Shown here in pieces: positions 21,268 to 29,843 of a DNA stretch of 64,000 nt. Numbering within the stretch: the first letter of the stretch is position 1; every line of letters starts with the position of its first letter. Below the pieces are notes generated by a model, which saw only the letters and a program-made list of their open reading frames with translations, ran no database searches and was not told where the DNA came from. The stretch covers positions 17,149 to 81,148 of the forward strand of contig CAZQDA010000001.1 of the NCBI GenBank assembly GCA_964592155.1, given 5' to 3'. The translations under genes and the position numbers were made by a program. This DNA is from an uncultured Christensenella sp. (lineage in GTDB: Bacteria; Bacillota; Clostridia; Christensenellales; Christensenellaceae).

Positions 21268-23361
21268 ATGTCAATATATTTAGGAGAAAATAAAATAGCG
21301 GGTGCAAGGACAGCACCTACTAAAACGAGCGATCTTGAAAATGATAGTAATTTCGTTTCGAGTAATCATGTCTATACAAAAGACGAAACATACAATATAG
21401 AGCAGGTTGATGATTTGATTGGTAATCTAAATAGAATTACAACTAAAATTGTCACTGAATTACCTACTGAAAATATAAGCACAACTATTATCTATCTTAT
21501 CCGCATTGATGCCACTACTAATTATACTCAATGGATGTATATTAGTAATGAATGGGCTAATTTAGGCTCTACACAAGTTAATTTAGAGGATTATTATAAT
21601 AAGACACAGACATATAGTAAGACAGAGGTAGATAGTGCAGTTACGGCAGTTGGCGCAGATATAGCCTTAAAGCAAGATAAAACTGACAGCATACTTACTA
21701 CAACAGATAAGACCGTTGTAGGCGCAATAAATGAAATAGACGGAAAATTCCCGAAACAGAATTTGAATTTCTATGTTTCTCCGACAGGAAGTGATGAAAC
21801 AGGCGATGGAACGATAGATAACCCTTATGCTACGGCTCAAAAGGCTATTAATGTGTTAAGTCCAATTTCGGGTGCATATCAAAGAAATATCCGTCTTATG
21901 GCAGGTGAGCATAGAGGATATTTGAGTGTCAATGCAAGTTGTAATATCTCATTTGAGGCGGGGGCTAAATTATATGGAGGCATTAACGCTACTACACCTT
22001 ATGGGCACGATGCTATACGAGTAGTATTAATAGGCACTGTTAATGTAGAAAAGAGTGCAGAGACTAATGGTGCGGCTATTATTTATGCGCAACGAGGTAC
22101 GTTTTTACAATTTGAAACAGTAGCGACACATATCATAAACGGAGTAGATAAAAGCAAAATTGGTATTAGTGCTTTGTCGGGTGCTTTAATAACCGTTGCA
22201 GGTAATAATGTAAATTTACAGATTGATAACTGCTCTACGGCTATAAATTGCAGTTATAGTAACGCACATTTTTATAATATTAGCGGTACAAATAACAACA
22301 CGGTATTTAGTTGTAGTGGCGGTAAAATATCGTATGGAACATCTACGGTAGGAGCAAATACATTCAAAAGCGTATCTTTAGGTGGTATGGTAGTAAATGC
22401 AAATGCTACATTCTCGGACTATACTTTGGTAAACAGGGATATGGCTAACGGTGCTAACCTATATAACCTTACAGCAGGAATATACAATATTTCGGGTGGT
22501 GCTATACCTGCAAGTTTGCTGAATCAAGGTGCGAATAGTCCAATTATGGCAGGCACACTTCAAGTTGATTGTATAAATGGATATACTTCGACACCTACTA
22601 ATTCCAATTTTTGCTATCAACAGCATACATTAAGGACTATCACAGGAGAGGTATATTCACGTGCTATTTATTCACAGGGTACAGCGGGTACGGTTATTGA
22701 TAACGGTTGGACGTGTTTATCATCTTATAAGTTAATCTCTACAACAAATACTGATTTTAATTCTATTGTTGGCAACGGAAAATATTATTTATTTGGTGCT
22801 CCATCAACTTTCACTAACGCACCTACTTTACAAGGAACATCGGGTACGGGGTACATATTAGAGGTTACGAGTAGTAGTGCATCGAGAATATTGCAAGAAT
22901 GTACTATCCTATATTCGCCAAATGGAAATGATAGGTCGCAAAAGTTCGTTAGACAACTTTTAGATGGTGTTTGGTATCCTTGGAAGCCTCTAACTAATGA
23001 TTTAATAAGTACATCGTTATCAAGTGTAATAACTTTTGCGGGGGATTTTTACCTCGGTATTAATGGGCTAAATACTATATCAAGCATAGGAAAATTAATT
23101 ACAATACAATCTACTTTTACTCGTACTTCAAATGGGGTTTTAACAGCAAACACAGACCATACAATAGGCACTTTGTCGGCTCAATTTAGACCGTCAGCCC
23201 GTGTGTTTGGTGCGTGCACTATAACTGATATGAGTGGACTTAATTGTGCATCTTGTACTGCATATATCAAATCAAATGGGCAATTAGGTATATTTACTCC
23301 TGCGACTATGCCAGCTGGAACTAATTTAGTACATTATGCTATAACTTATCCTATACCGTAA
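21268..23361 (+). CDS. Tail fibre / receptor-binding protein 2
   Basis: FYVSPTGSDETGDGT..NPY beta-helix entry motif, two pyocin-knob-like repeats, fibre-tip C-terminus. Confidence 0.75.
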   Translation: MSIYLGENKIAGARTAPTKTSDLENDSNFVSSNHVYTKDETYNIEQVDDLIGNLNRITTKIVTELPTENISTTIIYLIRIDATTNYTQWMYISNEWANLGSTQVNLEDYYNKTQTYSKTEVDSAVTAVGADIALKQDKTDSILTTTDKTVVGAINEIDGKFPKQNLNFYVSPTGSDETGDGTIDNPYATAQKAINVLSPISGAYQRNIRLMAGEHRGYLSVNASCNISFEAGAKLYGGINATTPYGHDAIRVVLIGTVNVEKSAETNGAAIIYAQRGTFLQFETVATHIINGVDKSKIGISALSGALITVAGNNVNLQIDNCSTAINCSYSNAHFYNISGTNNNTVFSCSGGKISYGTSTVGANTFKSVSLGGMVVNANATFSDYTLVNRDMANGANLYNLTAGIYNISGGAIPASLLNQGANSPIMAGTLQVDCINGYTSTPTNSNFCYQQHTLRTITGEVYSRAIYSQGTAGTVIDNGWTCLSSYKLISTTNTDFNSIVGNGKYYLFGAPSTFTNAPTLQGTSGTGYILEVTSSSASRILQECTILYSPNGNDRSQKFVRQLLDGVWYPWKPLTNDLISTSLSSVITFAGDFYLGINGLNTISSIGKLITIQSTFTRTSNGVLTANTDHTIGTLSAQFRPSARVFGACTITDMSGLNCASCTAYIKSNGQLGIFTPATMPAGTNLVHYAITYPIP

Positions 23362-23418
23362 TGGTGACAAAACGCCAAACAAAATAAAATAATATTTGTA
23401 TATATAATAATTTTTTTG

Positions 23419-23426
23419 TATATTTG
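23419..23426 (+). promoter_or_regulatory. Bacteroidota -7 promoter element
   Basis: TATATTTG upstream of a structured leader and the HNH gene. Confidence 0.6.
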
Positions 23427-23524
23427 CATAGATAAAGGGATAGGTAGCGTAATTAACTATCGAAAAGCATTTCCATATTTAGCTTCCCTTTGTTTTAACT
23501 AAATATGGGTAAATAATACAAAAT

Positions 23525-24379
23525 ATGGAAAATAAGAGGGCTTTTAATTTTAAAGATTTATCAGGAAAAGTTTTTAGTAATTTAACAGTGATTGAATTAG
23601 ATTGCATATCAAATGGGCAAGCTAAATGGAAATGTAAATGTACTTGTGGTGTAATTTGTAGTAAATTAGGTTCACATTTAAGAAGTGGCTCAATAAAGAC
23701 TTGTGGTAAATGTAATAAAATAGAGGATTTGACAGGGAGAAAGTTCGGGAAATTAACTGCTTTAGAGTATGTAAAGAGAGACAAAAATAATTTACCCATT
23801 TGGCTTTGTGAATGTGAGTGTGGAAATATAAAGGAGATACAATCATATACATTAACTTCAAGAGGTCAAATAAGTTGTGGGTGTATGGCTGGAATAAGAC
23901 ATAATATGTATAATAAAAAAATATATAAATTATGGGACAATATAAAAAAGAGATGTAGAGGAACTAATAAGCAATATAAAAAAGATTATTACGATAGAGG
24001 AATAACTGTTTGCGAAGAATGGGTTAATGATATAAATTCATTTGTAGAATGGGCTTATAATAATGGATATAGTGAAGAAAAAACAGAATCAGGGAGAGTG
24101 AAATATACGATAGATAGAATTGATAATAATAAAGGGTATAGTCCTGATAATTGTCGTTTTGTTATTAATGATGTACAACAGAGAAATAGACGAAACAATA
24201 AATATGCTGAATATATTGATGGGTATATATATTGTTTTGTTGATATTGCTAAATTAATTGGTATTAATCCAAGAAGAATAAGTGAGTGTATTCGTAAAAA
24301 TAATTTTCCATACAAAATATTTACATATAGTGAATTAATAGAAAATAATATTTTAGATAAAGTAAAAATGATTATTTAA
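23525..24379 (+). CDS. Free-standing HNH homing-type endonuclease
   Basis: Duplicated DL(S/T)G..F..LT..W.C.C.CG modules and C-terminal TIDRIDNNKGYSPDNCRF HNH motif. Confidence 0.85.
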   Translation: MENKRAFNFKDLSGKVFSNLTVIELDCISNGQAKWKCKCTCGVICSKLGSHLRSGSIKTCGKCNKIEDLTGRKFGKLTALEYVKRDKNNLPIWLCECECGNIKEIQSYTLTSRGQISCGCMAGIRHNMYNKKIYKLWDNIKKRCRGTNKQYKKDYYDRGITVCEEWVNDINSFVEWAYNNGYSEEKTESGRVKYTIDRIDNNKGYSPDNCRFVINDVQQRNRRNNKYAEYIDGYIYCFVDIAKLIGINPRRISECIRKNNFPYKIFTYSELIENNILDKVKMII

Positions 24380-24413
24380 ATATTTCAGAACGATAAAACT
24401 AAACAAATATACG

Positions 24414-24491
24414 ATGGCGGTAATAGGTAAAAAGAAAAAAGGCGATAAGACTGCTATACAAGCAATACTTAAAAAACGAAAAAATAAATAA
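24414..24491 (+). CDS. Lys-rich micro-ORF (MAVIGKKKKGDKTAIQAILKKRKNK)
   Basis: Manual translation; AT-rich leader; stop 3 nt before the next start. Confidence 0.45.
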   Translation: MAVIGKKKKGDKTAIQAILKKRKNK

Positions 24492-24494
24492 ACT

Positions 24495-24767
24495 ATGAAA
24501 AAAATTATTAATATTATATCATTTGCTATAGCACAATTAAATAAGATAGGCAAAGATAGATATATGCACCTATCAATAGGAGCAATATTATCAAGTATTC
24601 TTGCATTATTTACACCCATTTGGATTGCCATGATTATATGCACAATAATATTTATCGCAAAAGAATTTTATGATAAAAAGATAGGTGGTAAGTTTGATTA
24701 TATAGATATAATATATGATTATATTGGCGCAATAGCTGTTTGGATTCCTCTATTTTTACATAATTAA
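24495..24767 (+). CDS. Small membrane protein
   Basis: Three hydrophobic segments, with KDRYMH...KEFYD...D..D pattern. Confidence 0.6.
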   Translation: MKKIINIISFAIAQLNKIGKDRYMHLSIGAILSSILALFTPIWIAMIICTIIFIAKEFYDKKIGGKFDYIDIIYDYIGAIAVWIPLFLHN

Positions 24768-24780
24768 AAAAATATTATAT

Positions 24781-25961
24781 ATGATCTATACAGAAGAAGA
24801 TATTTTATTAAATGGTGCTTTATTTGAAGATGAAGATCAAACAATACCATTAACATTAGAAGATAAGCAACTATCCATTATATTTATTAAAACTGCTGAT
24901 AATAGTACGGCTTTTACAATTACTGATGATATGATTGAAAAGCAAGATAATACATTTGCATATATAATGAATAGAGAACATACTATTGATTTAGCAGGTA
25001 TGTATAAGTTGCAGGTTAATATTGTGCAAAATAATTCAGTAGTAAAATCATTTGCAAATAAAACAATAACAATTAATAAATCAAAGAATGTACCTTAATA
25101 TTGATATAACTAATAAAAATATGAATGTCAATTTTGACGAATCATATTCACTATCATTTAATTTTTATAAAATAATTAAAGGCGAAAAAGGCGATAAAGG
25201 TGATGATGGACTAACAACATCAATAAAATTAAATGGCCAAATATACGAACAAGAAAGTGGACAAATAGATTTAGGCGAATTAGGTGTTAATAGAACAGTT
25301 AAAATATCAGATATGCCTGATCTTATTATAAATGGAACTATGATTGATTTCATTACAAGTATTAGAGATAATCAGTATATAAAAACAGGAATGCAATTAA
25401 TAGGTAATGTTTTATTTTCTGATGAGCCATATGAAGGAATGATTGAATCTTTTATCGTTTGCAATATACAATTAAAAACAGATGAAAATATGGCAGGTAA
25501 TATAACAATGACATCATCCGATGTTCCACCTTATATTTTGATGTTTTCATTTTTGGCTTAAAAATTAATTTTATACAATATAATTTTATAAAAATTAAAA
25601 TAATGTCAATTAAAATAATATATAAATTTAATAAATAACAAACATGGAAACATACTACAAAGGAGACGATATACCGATATATGTTTTGGGAGACGATACA
25701 ATAGATTTAGAAAATAAAGATTTTAATGTATATATTTATAAAAATTTAGATTATAATAAAGATATAAAAATTACTAAATCATTATTTACTAAAACAGACA
25801 TAAATTCTTATTTAGGATATTTATCAACATCAACTATTAGTAATGAAAATTTAGGCATATATACAATAGAGATAGAGGCTAAAACAAGCTCTAATAAGAA
25901 TATTATTTTGCAATATGCAAATGCTTTTAATTTAATTGGATCAGCGTCTTATAATATTTAA
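24781..25961 (+). other. Three small beta-rich genes (24781-25098, 25088-25561, 25644-25961), BppU N-terminal/Ig-like baseplate-type
   Basis: Patterns such as YYKGDDIPI and G.Y..E/QV; 25088 carries a short collagen-like KGEKGDKGDDG. Confidence 0.45.
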
Positions 25962-25970
25962 TTTAAGAAA

Positions 25971-27017
25971 ATGGAAATAATTTTAGAACAAAAAAATGGA
26001 ATAACACTTGGACTTGGTTCGAAGCCAATAAGTGTTGGGGTAGCAGTAGCAGAAGCACCTAATGATGGTAATGTATATGCTCGTAAAAATAAAAAGTGGC
26101 TTGGCATTAATAATACACTTAATGTTACGATAACACAAACATCATCTGTAAATAAAGCATATATTTTTACAAAAGTTAATTTTGATGCTGTATCAGCCAA
26201 TGCCATTGTTGGGCTTCCTATTAGTGTTAAAATAACAGATAATAGATCGGCAACATTTAAGACGATTAATCTATCAGGCATATATCCTGCAAAATGGAAT
26301 AGCACGTTGTCGCAGATCGAGATTCCCGATCCTAATATAGCGCGTGGGTTTTATATAAATGGAACCACACCTGCAAATAGAGGTTGTGTTACATTTAATA
26401 CATCAAGATATTTAAGTCTTTCGTCATTATTTTCATTTGACCAAACAACTGGATATTATAAATATGAAGAACTTGCAAATATCTCTGAAACCACGATGGA
26501 ATCAATATATAAAGATAGCACTTCGATCTTTAATGTGCAGTATATGGATGAATTATACGCCTACAGCACCAATCCTGTTATATTTATAAAAAGAAATATA
26601 GGTGGCGGTGTAACAAGTAACATAAGTGCAAATGCAATGTTCTATCTATGTAATGCAACGTATATAACATTTAGTAGATTATATGCTTTAAGTTACTTTT
26701 CAACATTTAGAAACTGTGCTAATTTACGAAAAATATCAGGCGATATCAGAATACTGGGCGCATCAAAAGATAGTGTAGCTAATATGTTTACCGGCTGCCC
26801 CAATCTCGAAAGCGTATCTGTTTTTAATTTGGCGGCATCAATATCTTTTGCGGATTGTCCTAAATTGCATAGAGATAGTATTTTATATATGATTAACAAT
26901 TCGAGCAATGGCGCAACTGTAATAACAATTACACTACACGCAACAGCGGCCGAAAGATTAACTGCTGAAGATTATACACTGGCATCATCGCGAAACATAA
27001 CAATAGCAATAGCATAA
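25971..27017 (+). CDS. Putative adhesin / receptor-binding protein with C-terminal BspA-like leucine-rich repeats
   Basis: EAPNDGNVYARKNKKW fibre motif; C-terminal FRNCANL, MFTGCPNL, FADCPKL repeats. Confidence 0.6.
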   Translation: MEIILEQKNGITLGLGSKPISVGVAVAEAPNDGNVYARKNKKWLGINNTLNVTITQTSSVNKAYIFTKVNFDAVSANAIVGLPISVKITDNRSATFKTINLSGIYPAKWNSTLSQIEIPDPNIARGFYINGTTPANRGCVTFNTSRYLSLSSLFSFDQTTGYYKYEELANISETTMESIYKDSTSIFNVQYMDELYAYSTNPVIFIKRNIGGGVTSNISANAMFYLCNATYITFSRLYALSYFSTFRNCANLRKISGDIRILGASKDSVANMFTGCPNLESVSVFNLAASISFADCPKLHRDSILYMINNSSNGATVITITLHATAAERLTAEDYTLASSRNITIAIA

Positions 27018-27021
27018 AAAT

Positions 27022-27243
27022 ATGGTAAATAAATTAATAGCCCCGGAAGGCAAATATTACACACAAAAAGAGTTGAAGGATGGCGAAGCACCAATTTTTG
27101 CTCGCAGTATATTTCTTGGTCATAATGACAACGAATATAATTGGCGGTTAGCATCCCAAGATGAAAAAGACAATTTTGAAGAAGATAACTTTCAAGAAGA
27201 TAACTTTGAAGAATATAACTTTGAAGAAGATAATATTATTTAA
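27022..27243 (+). CDS. Small acidic protein, probably partner of the upstream fibre-like protein
   Basis: Coupled to 25971; C-terminal DNFEE repeats. Confidence 0.55.
   Translation: MVNKLIAPEGKYYTQKELKDGEAPIFARSIFLGHNDNEYNWRLASQDEKDNFEEDNFQEDNFEEYNFEEDNII
27169..27234 (+). repeat. In-frame 15-bp tandem repeat, about 4.4 copies (consensus GATAACTTTGAAGAA)
   Basis: Units at 27169, 27184, 27199, 27214 and a partial at 27229. Confidence 0.9.
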
Positions 27244-27252
27244 TAACAAATT

Positions 27253-27309
27253 ATGGCAAGCAAAAAGACAATTAAGAAAAGCGCTAAAGGTAGTGGATGC
27301 AAAAAATAA
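27253..27309 (+). CDS. Lys-rich micro-ORF (MASKKTIKKSAKGSGCKK)
   Basis: Manual translation; AT-rich leader (AACAAATT ATG). Confidence 0.5.
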   Translation: MASKKTIKKSAKGSGCKK

Positions 27310-27315
27310 AAAATA

Positions 27316-27856
27316 TGAAAATTAAAACATTCAATGAGTTAGTTTTTGATAATTGCGATTATCACGAGTTGCAGGATATACGCGACCAATATGCTTATAA
27401 AATATTTAAATGCGCAATGATTGGAGCAAAATGGTATTCGTATCCAATAAGACCTATTTTAAACTACATGATATTCAACTTCATGTGTAAATTAGAATAT
27501 ATTGATTATAAGATTATATGCAAAGCTAAAGATCGAAATGATGATGTTAAGAAATAAATAATAAAATGTTTTGTTTTTTCAAAAAATAAAATTAACTTTG
27601 CACTGTGAAAAATAATAAAAAAATGGATAAAGACTTTTCAAAATATTACAAAGACGCATTAAATTTTGAGTTATCAGAATTAAAATACTCTATAGTTGTA
27701 GAGATTAATAGGTATATAAAACTTTTAAAAAGAAAGCACAATAAATGGCTGTTTTTCCTCTATTTTTGGCACTCTAAATTGGTTAATGATAGTTACGATA
27801 GATTAAAGGATTTACGCGCTCAAATGGTAGCTATTGAGGCTAAATTAAAGGAGTAA
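27316..27856 (+). other. Two hypothetical genes (about 27316-27557 and 27623-27856), with a -7 promoter element at 27593-27600
   Basis: ORF track; TAACTTTG. Confidence 0.5.
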
Positions 27857-27860
27857 CGGC

Positions 27861-27941
27861 ATGGCGAAGAAAGTAAGAATAACCAGCGACCGAGATTCTA
27901 TAATTCCGGTTATAAAGATTAAAATAAAACCAAAGAAATGA
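27861..27941 (+). CDS. Basic micro-ORF (MAKKVRITSDRDSIIPVIKIKIKPKK)
   Basis: Manual translation; ATGA overlap with the next gene. Confidence 0.55.
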   Translation: MAKKVRITSDRDSIIPVIKIKIKPKK

Positions 27942-28384
27942 GTAGAATAAGGTTTATAATGATTCAATCTATTAAGTTTGCGCCGTACATAACTATGTTG
28001 TGTATCGCGCTATCTTATATTGAATTGTTGTATGCCTATACTTTTGATTTAACAATTGAGTGTGGCGACTATTATGAATATTATACGCCTCTAAAAGAGA
28101 ATGTTTTTTCAATATGTAATTACGATTGGTACTCCGTTTTAATATTATTTTGCGCCTCAAGGGTTATGGACTTCTGTATGTACCATGTAATCCCGATAGG
28201 ATTCATGGCTATAAACTTGATATTCAAAACATATCTTAACAACGTAATAATTGACGATTACTTCGTACCATACATTATATCAATAAACATATTCACAATA
28301 GCCGTAATAGCAGTATTAGTAACATTACACGTAAAACAATTACGCCGTGACAGACGAACAAATAAGACAACAAGCGATAAATGA
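27938..28384 (+). CDS. Four-TM membrane protein
   Basis: Four hydrophobic segments. Confidence 0.7.
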   Translation: MSRIRFIMIQSIKFAPYITMLCIALSYIELLYAYTFDLTIECGDYYEYYTPLKENVFSICNYDWYSVLILFCASRVMDFCMYHVIPIGFMAINLIFKTYLNNVIIDDYFVPYIISINIFTIAVIAVLVTLHVKQLRRDRRTNKTTSDK

Positions 28385-28691
28385 CATAGGTGTCGACGTG
28401 CTCGAAACATTGTCTAAAAACATAAATAAAATAACAGATAATGTAAAACATGGACATTCAAATTTAGCATATTCCGATATAGACATGATCGTACAGAACC
28501 TCGCATCACCAAATGATAGAGTGTCGCTGAATGAAGCATGCAAAATGAATAGATGCTCAAAATACGAGATTTTAAAATTAGTTAAAAACGGAATTATACA
28601 TAAGCTAAAACCTATAAAAAATGTATTTTCTAAACGCGATCTGCAAATAGCAATAAGAGAAAAGGAACTAAAAAAGAAGACTGCTAAATAA
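28347..28691 (+). CDS. Helix-turn-helix DNA-binding protein (excisionase/MerR-like C-terminus)
   Basis: VSLNEACKMNRCSKYEILKLVKNGII motif. Confidence 0.6.
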   Translation: MTDEQIRQQAINDIGVDVLETLSKNINKITDNVKHGHSNLAYSDIDMIVQNLASPNDRVSLNEACKMNRCSKYEILKLVKNGIIHKLKPIKNVFSKRDLQIAIREKELKKKTAK

Positions 28692-28707
28692 AATTAGCAG
28701 TTTTTTT
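28680..28707 (+). terminator. Intrinsic terminator
   Basis: ACTGCTAA/TTAGCAGT stem followed by T6. Confidence 0.75.
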
Positions 28708-28739
28708 ATGTTTTATTTGCAGGATTAAAAAATTTGTAT

Positions 28740-28747
28740 TACCTTTG
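28740..28747 (+). promoter_or_regulatory. Bacteroidota promoter
   Basis: TACCTTTG with TTTG about 24 nt upstream. Confidence 0.7.
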
Positions 28748-28782
28748 CAACGTCAATACGACACAAAAAAAACAATAAGACC

Positions 28783-29082
28783 ATGAACGAAAAAAATCCG
28801 CTCGAAAATATTAAGAGCGAAAAAGTTAAAACAAAGATTATCGAATATTGTCCACATCCAATTACGGATGACAAAGAAATATTTGAAATGCTATTAGAGA
28901 TTGCAACGATCGCGCAACAAGAACACGACGCTAATATCGAAACAGTAAAGTTTAATACACACAGAGAGGAACGATGCAAATGTCAAACGGCATTCCTTAA
29001 CGCAATTGACAATCATTCCAAAAACGGCGCAATAGTAGATTCTAAAATTTATGAAATATTTTTAAAAGAAATTAATAATTAA
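28783..29082 (+). CDS. Hypothetical protein
   Basis: ORF track; directly after the promoter. Confidence 0.6.
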   Translation: MNEKNPLENIKSEKVKTKIIEYCPHPITDDKEIFEMLLEIATIAQQEHDANIETVKFNTHREERCKCQTAFLNAIDNHSKNGAIVDSKIYEIFLKEINN

Positions 29083-29103
29083 CTAAATAAAATTAAAAAC
29101 AAA

Positions 29104-29499
29104 ATGAAAAAAATTATTACATTTATTTTTGCATCAATGGTTATGACCTCATGTTTCAACACAAAACAGACGGTGCAAATTGAAAACATTCTCAATGTGG
29201 AGGGTGTAGATATCGAAGGCGTGGATGGGACGTTATACAATGCCGCAGCACTATTCTTTAATGACGGCGACGAATTGGTTGGGTCGGTAGGATTTAATGA
29301 CATCAAACCTTTCACAACGTCGAAAAAAGTAGACGCGCCAAATAGAGCCTCTTATTTTATTGTCAAATGGCGAGCAACACCCGAAACAAATGCTATTCTA
29401 TACGAATTGGAATTCTATACCGCAGAGAAACGTTATCTGTCTGAAAGTGGCAATACAAAGATGACGATTAGCAGAACCACGCAAACAAAAACTAAATAA
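29104..29499 (+). CDS. Lipoprotein
   Basis: Signal peptide MKKIITFIFASMVMTS-C with lipobox cysteine. Confidence 0.75.
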   Translation: MKKIITFIFASMVMTSCFNTKQTVQIENILNVEGVDIEGVDGTLYNAAALFFNDGDELVGSVGFNDIKPFTTSKKVDAPNRASYFIVKWRATPETNAILYELEFYTAEKRYLSESGNTKMTISRTTQTKTK

Positions 29500-29545
29500 A
29501 ATAAAAAAAAATACGCAAAGACTTGCATAATTGAAAAATTTGTTT

Positions 29546-29553
29546 TATCTTTG
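29546..29553 (+). promoter_or_regulatory. Bacteroidota promoter of tRNA cluster 1
   Basis: TATCTTTG with TTGCA upstream. Confidence 0.75.
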
Positions 29554-29594
29554 CACCATGCTTTTTAATTATTCTAATAATTTCCATTTTTCGA

Positions 29595-29654
29595 ATACGT
29601 CAGTTGTGAAAACTCATGTATCGACGAGGTGGCCTCTCGATAAAAAGGCTAAAT
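29595..29654 (+). ncRNA. Structured tRNA-operon leader (hairpin plus H-type pseudoknot), copy 1
   Basis: Homologous to 37878-37934 with compensatory substitutions. Confidence 0.6.
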
Positions 29655-29739
29655 GCTCCAATGGTGAAATGGTAGACACGAAGGACTTAAAATCCTTTGA
29701 ACTGAAAAGTTCGTGCAGATTCGACTTCTGCTTGGAGTA
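29655..29739 (+). tRNA. tRNA-Leu(TAA)
   Basis: Acceptor GCTCCAA/TTGGAGT, anticodon arm AAGGA-CTTAAAA-TCCTT, long variable arm, T-loop TTCGACT; no encoded CCA. Confidence 0.92.
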
Positions 29740-29744
29740 CAAAT

Positions 29745-29816
29745 TTCGTCATAGCTCAATGGATAGAGCATCGGATTTCTAATCCGAGTATCAAAGTTCG
29801 ATTCTTTGTGACGAAA
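29745..29816 (+). tRNA. tRNA-Arg(TCT)
   Basis: Acceptor TTCGTCA/TGACGAA, anticodon arm TCGGA-TTTCTAA-TCCGA, T-loop TTCGATT. Confidence 0.9.
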
Positions 29817-29843
29817 CAATTTGGAAAAATGAAAATAAAGTAT

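Noticed and set aside
25971-27017. Diversity-generating retroelement
   Set aside because: No reverse transcriptase gene and no near-identical template/variable repeat pair seen in the window.
27169-27234. CRISPR array
   Set aside because: The 15-bp units are contiguous with no spacers and are in-frame coding repeats.
28347-28691. Lysogeny module (integrase, repressor, att site)
   Set aside because: An excisionase-like HTH is present, but no integrase, CI-like repressor or att-like duplication is visible; lifestyle cannot be decided from this window.
29621-29651. preQ1-I riboswitch or pistol ribozyme identity for the leader pseudoknots
   Set aside because: The topology is similar, but the conserved ligand-binding loop nucleotides and the pistol P2/P3 domains are missing, and no queuosine genes follow.
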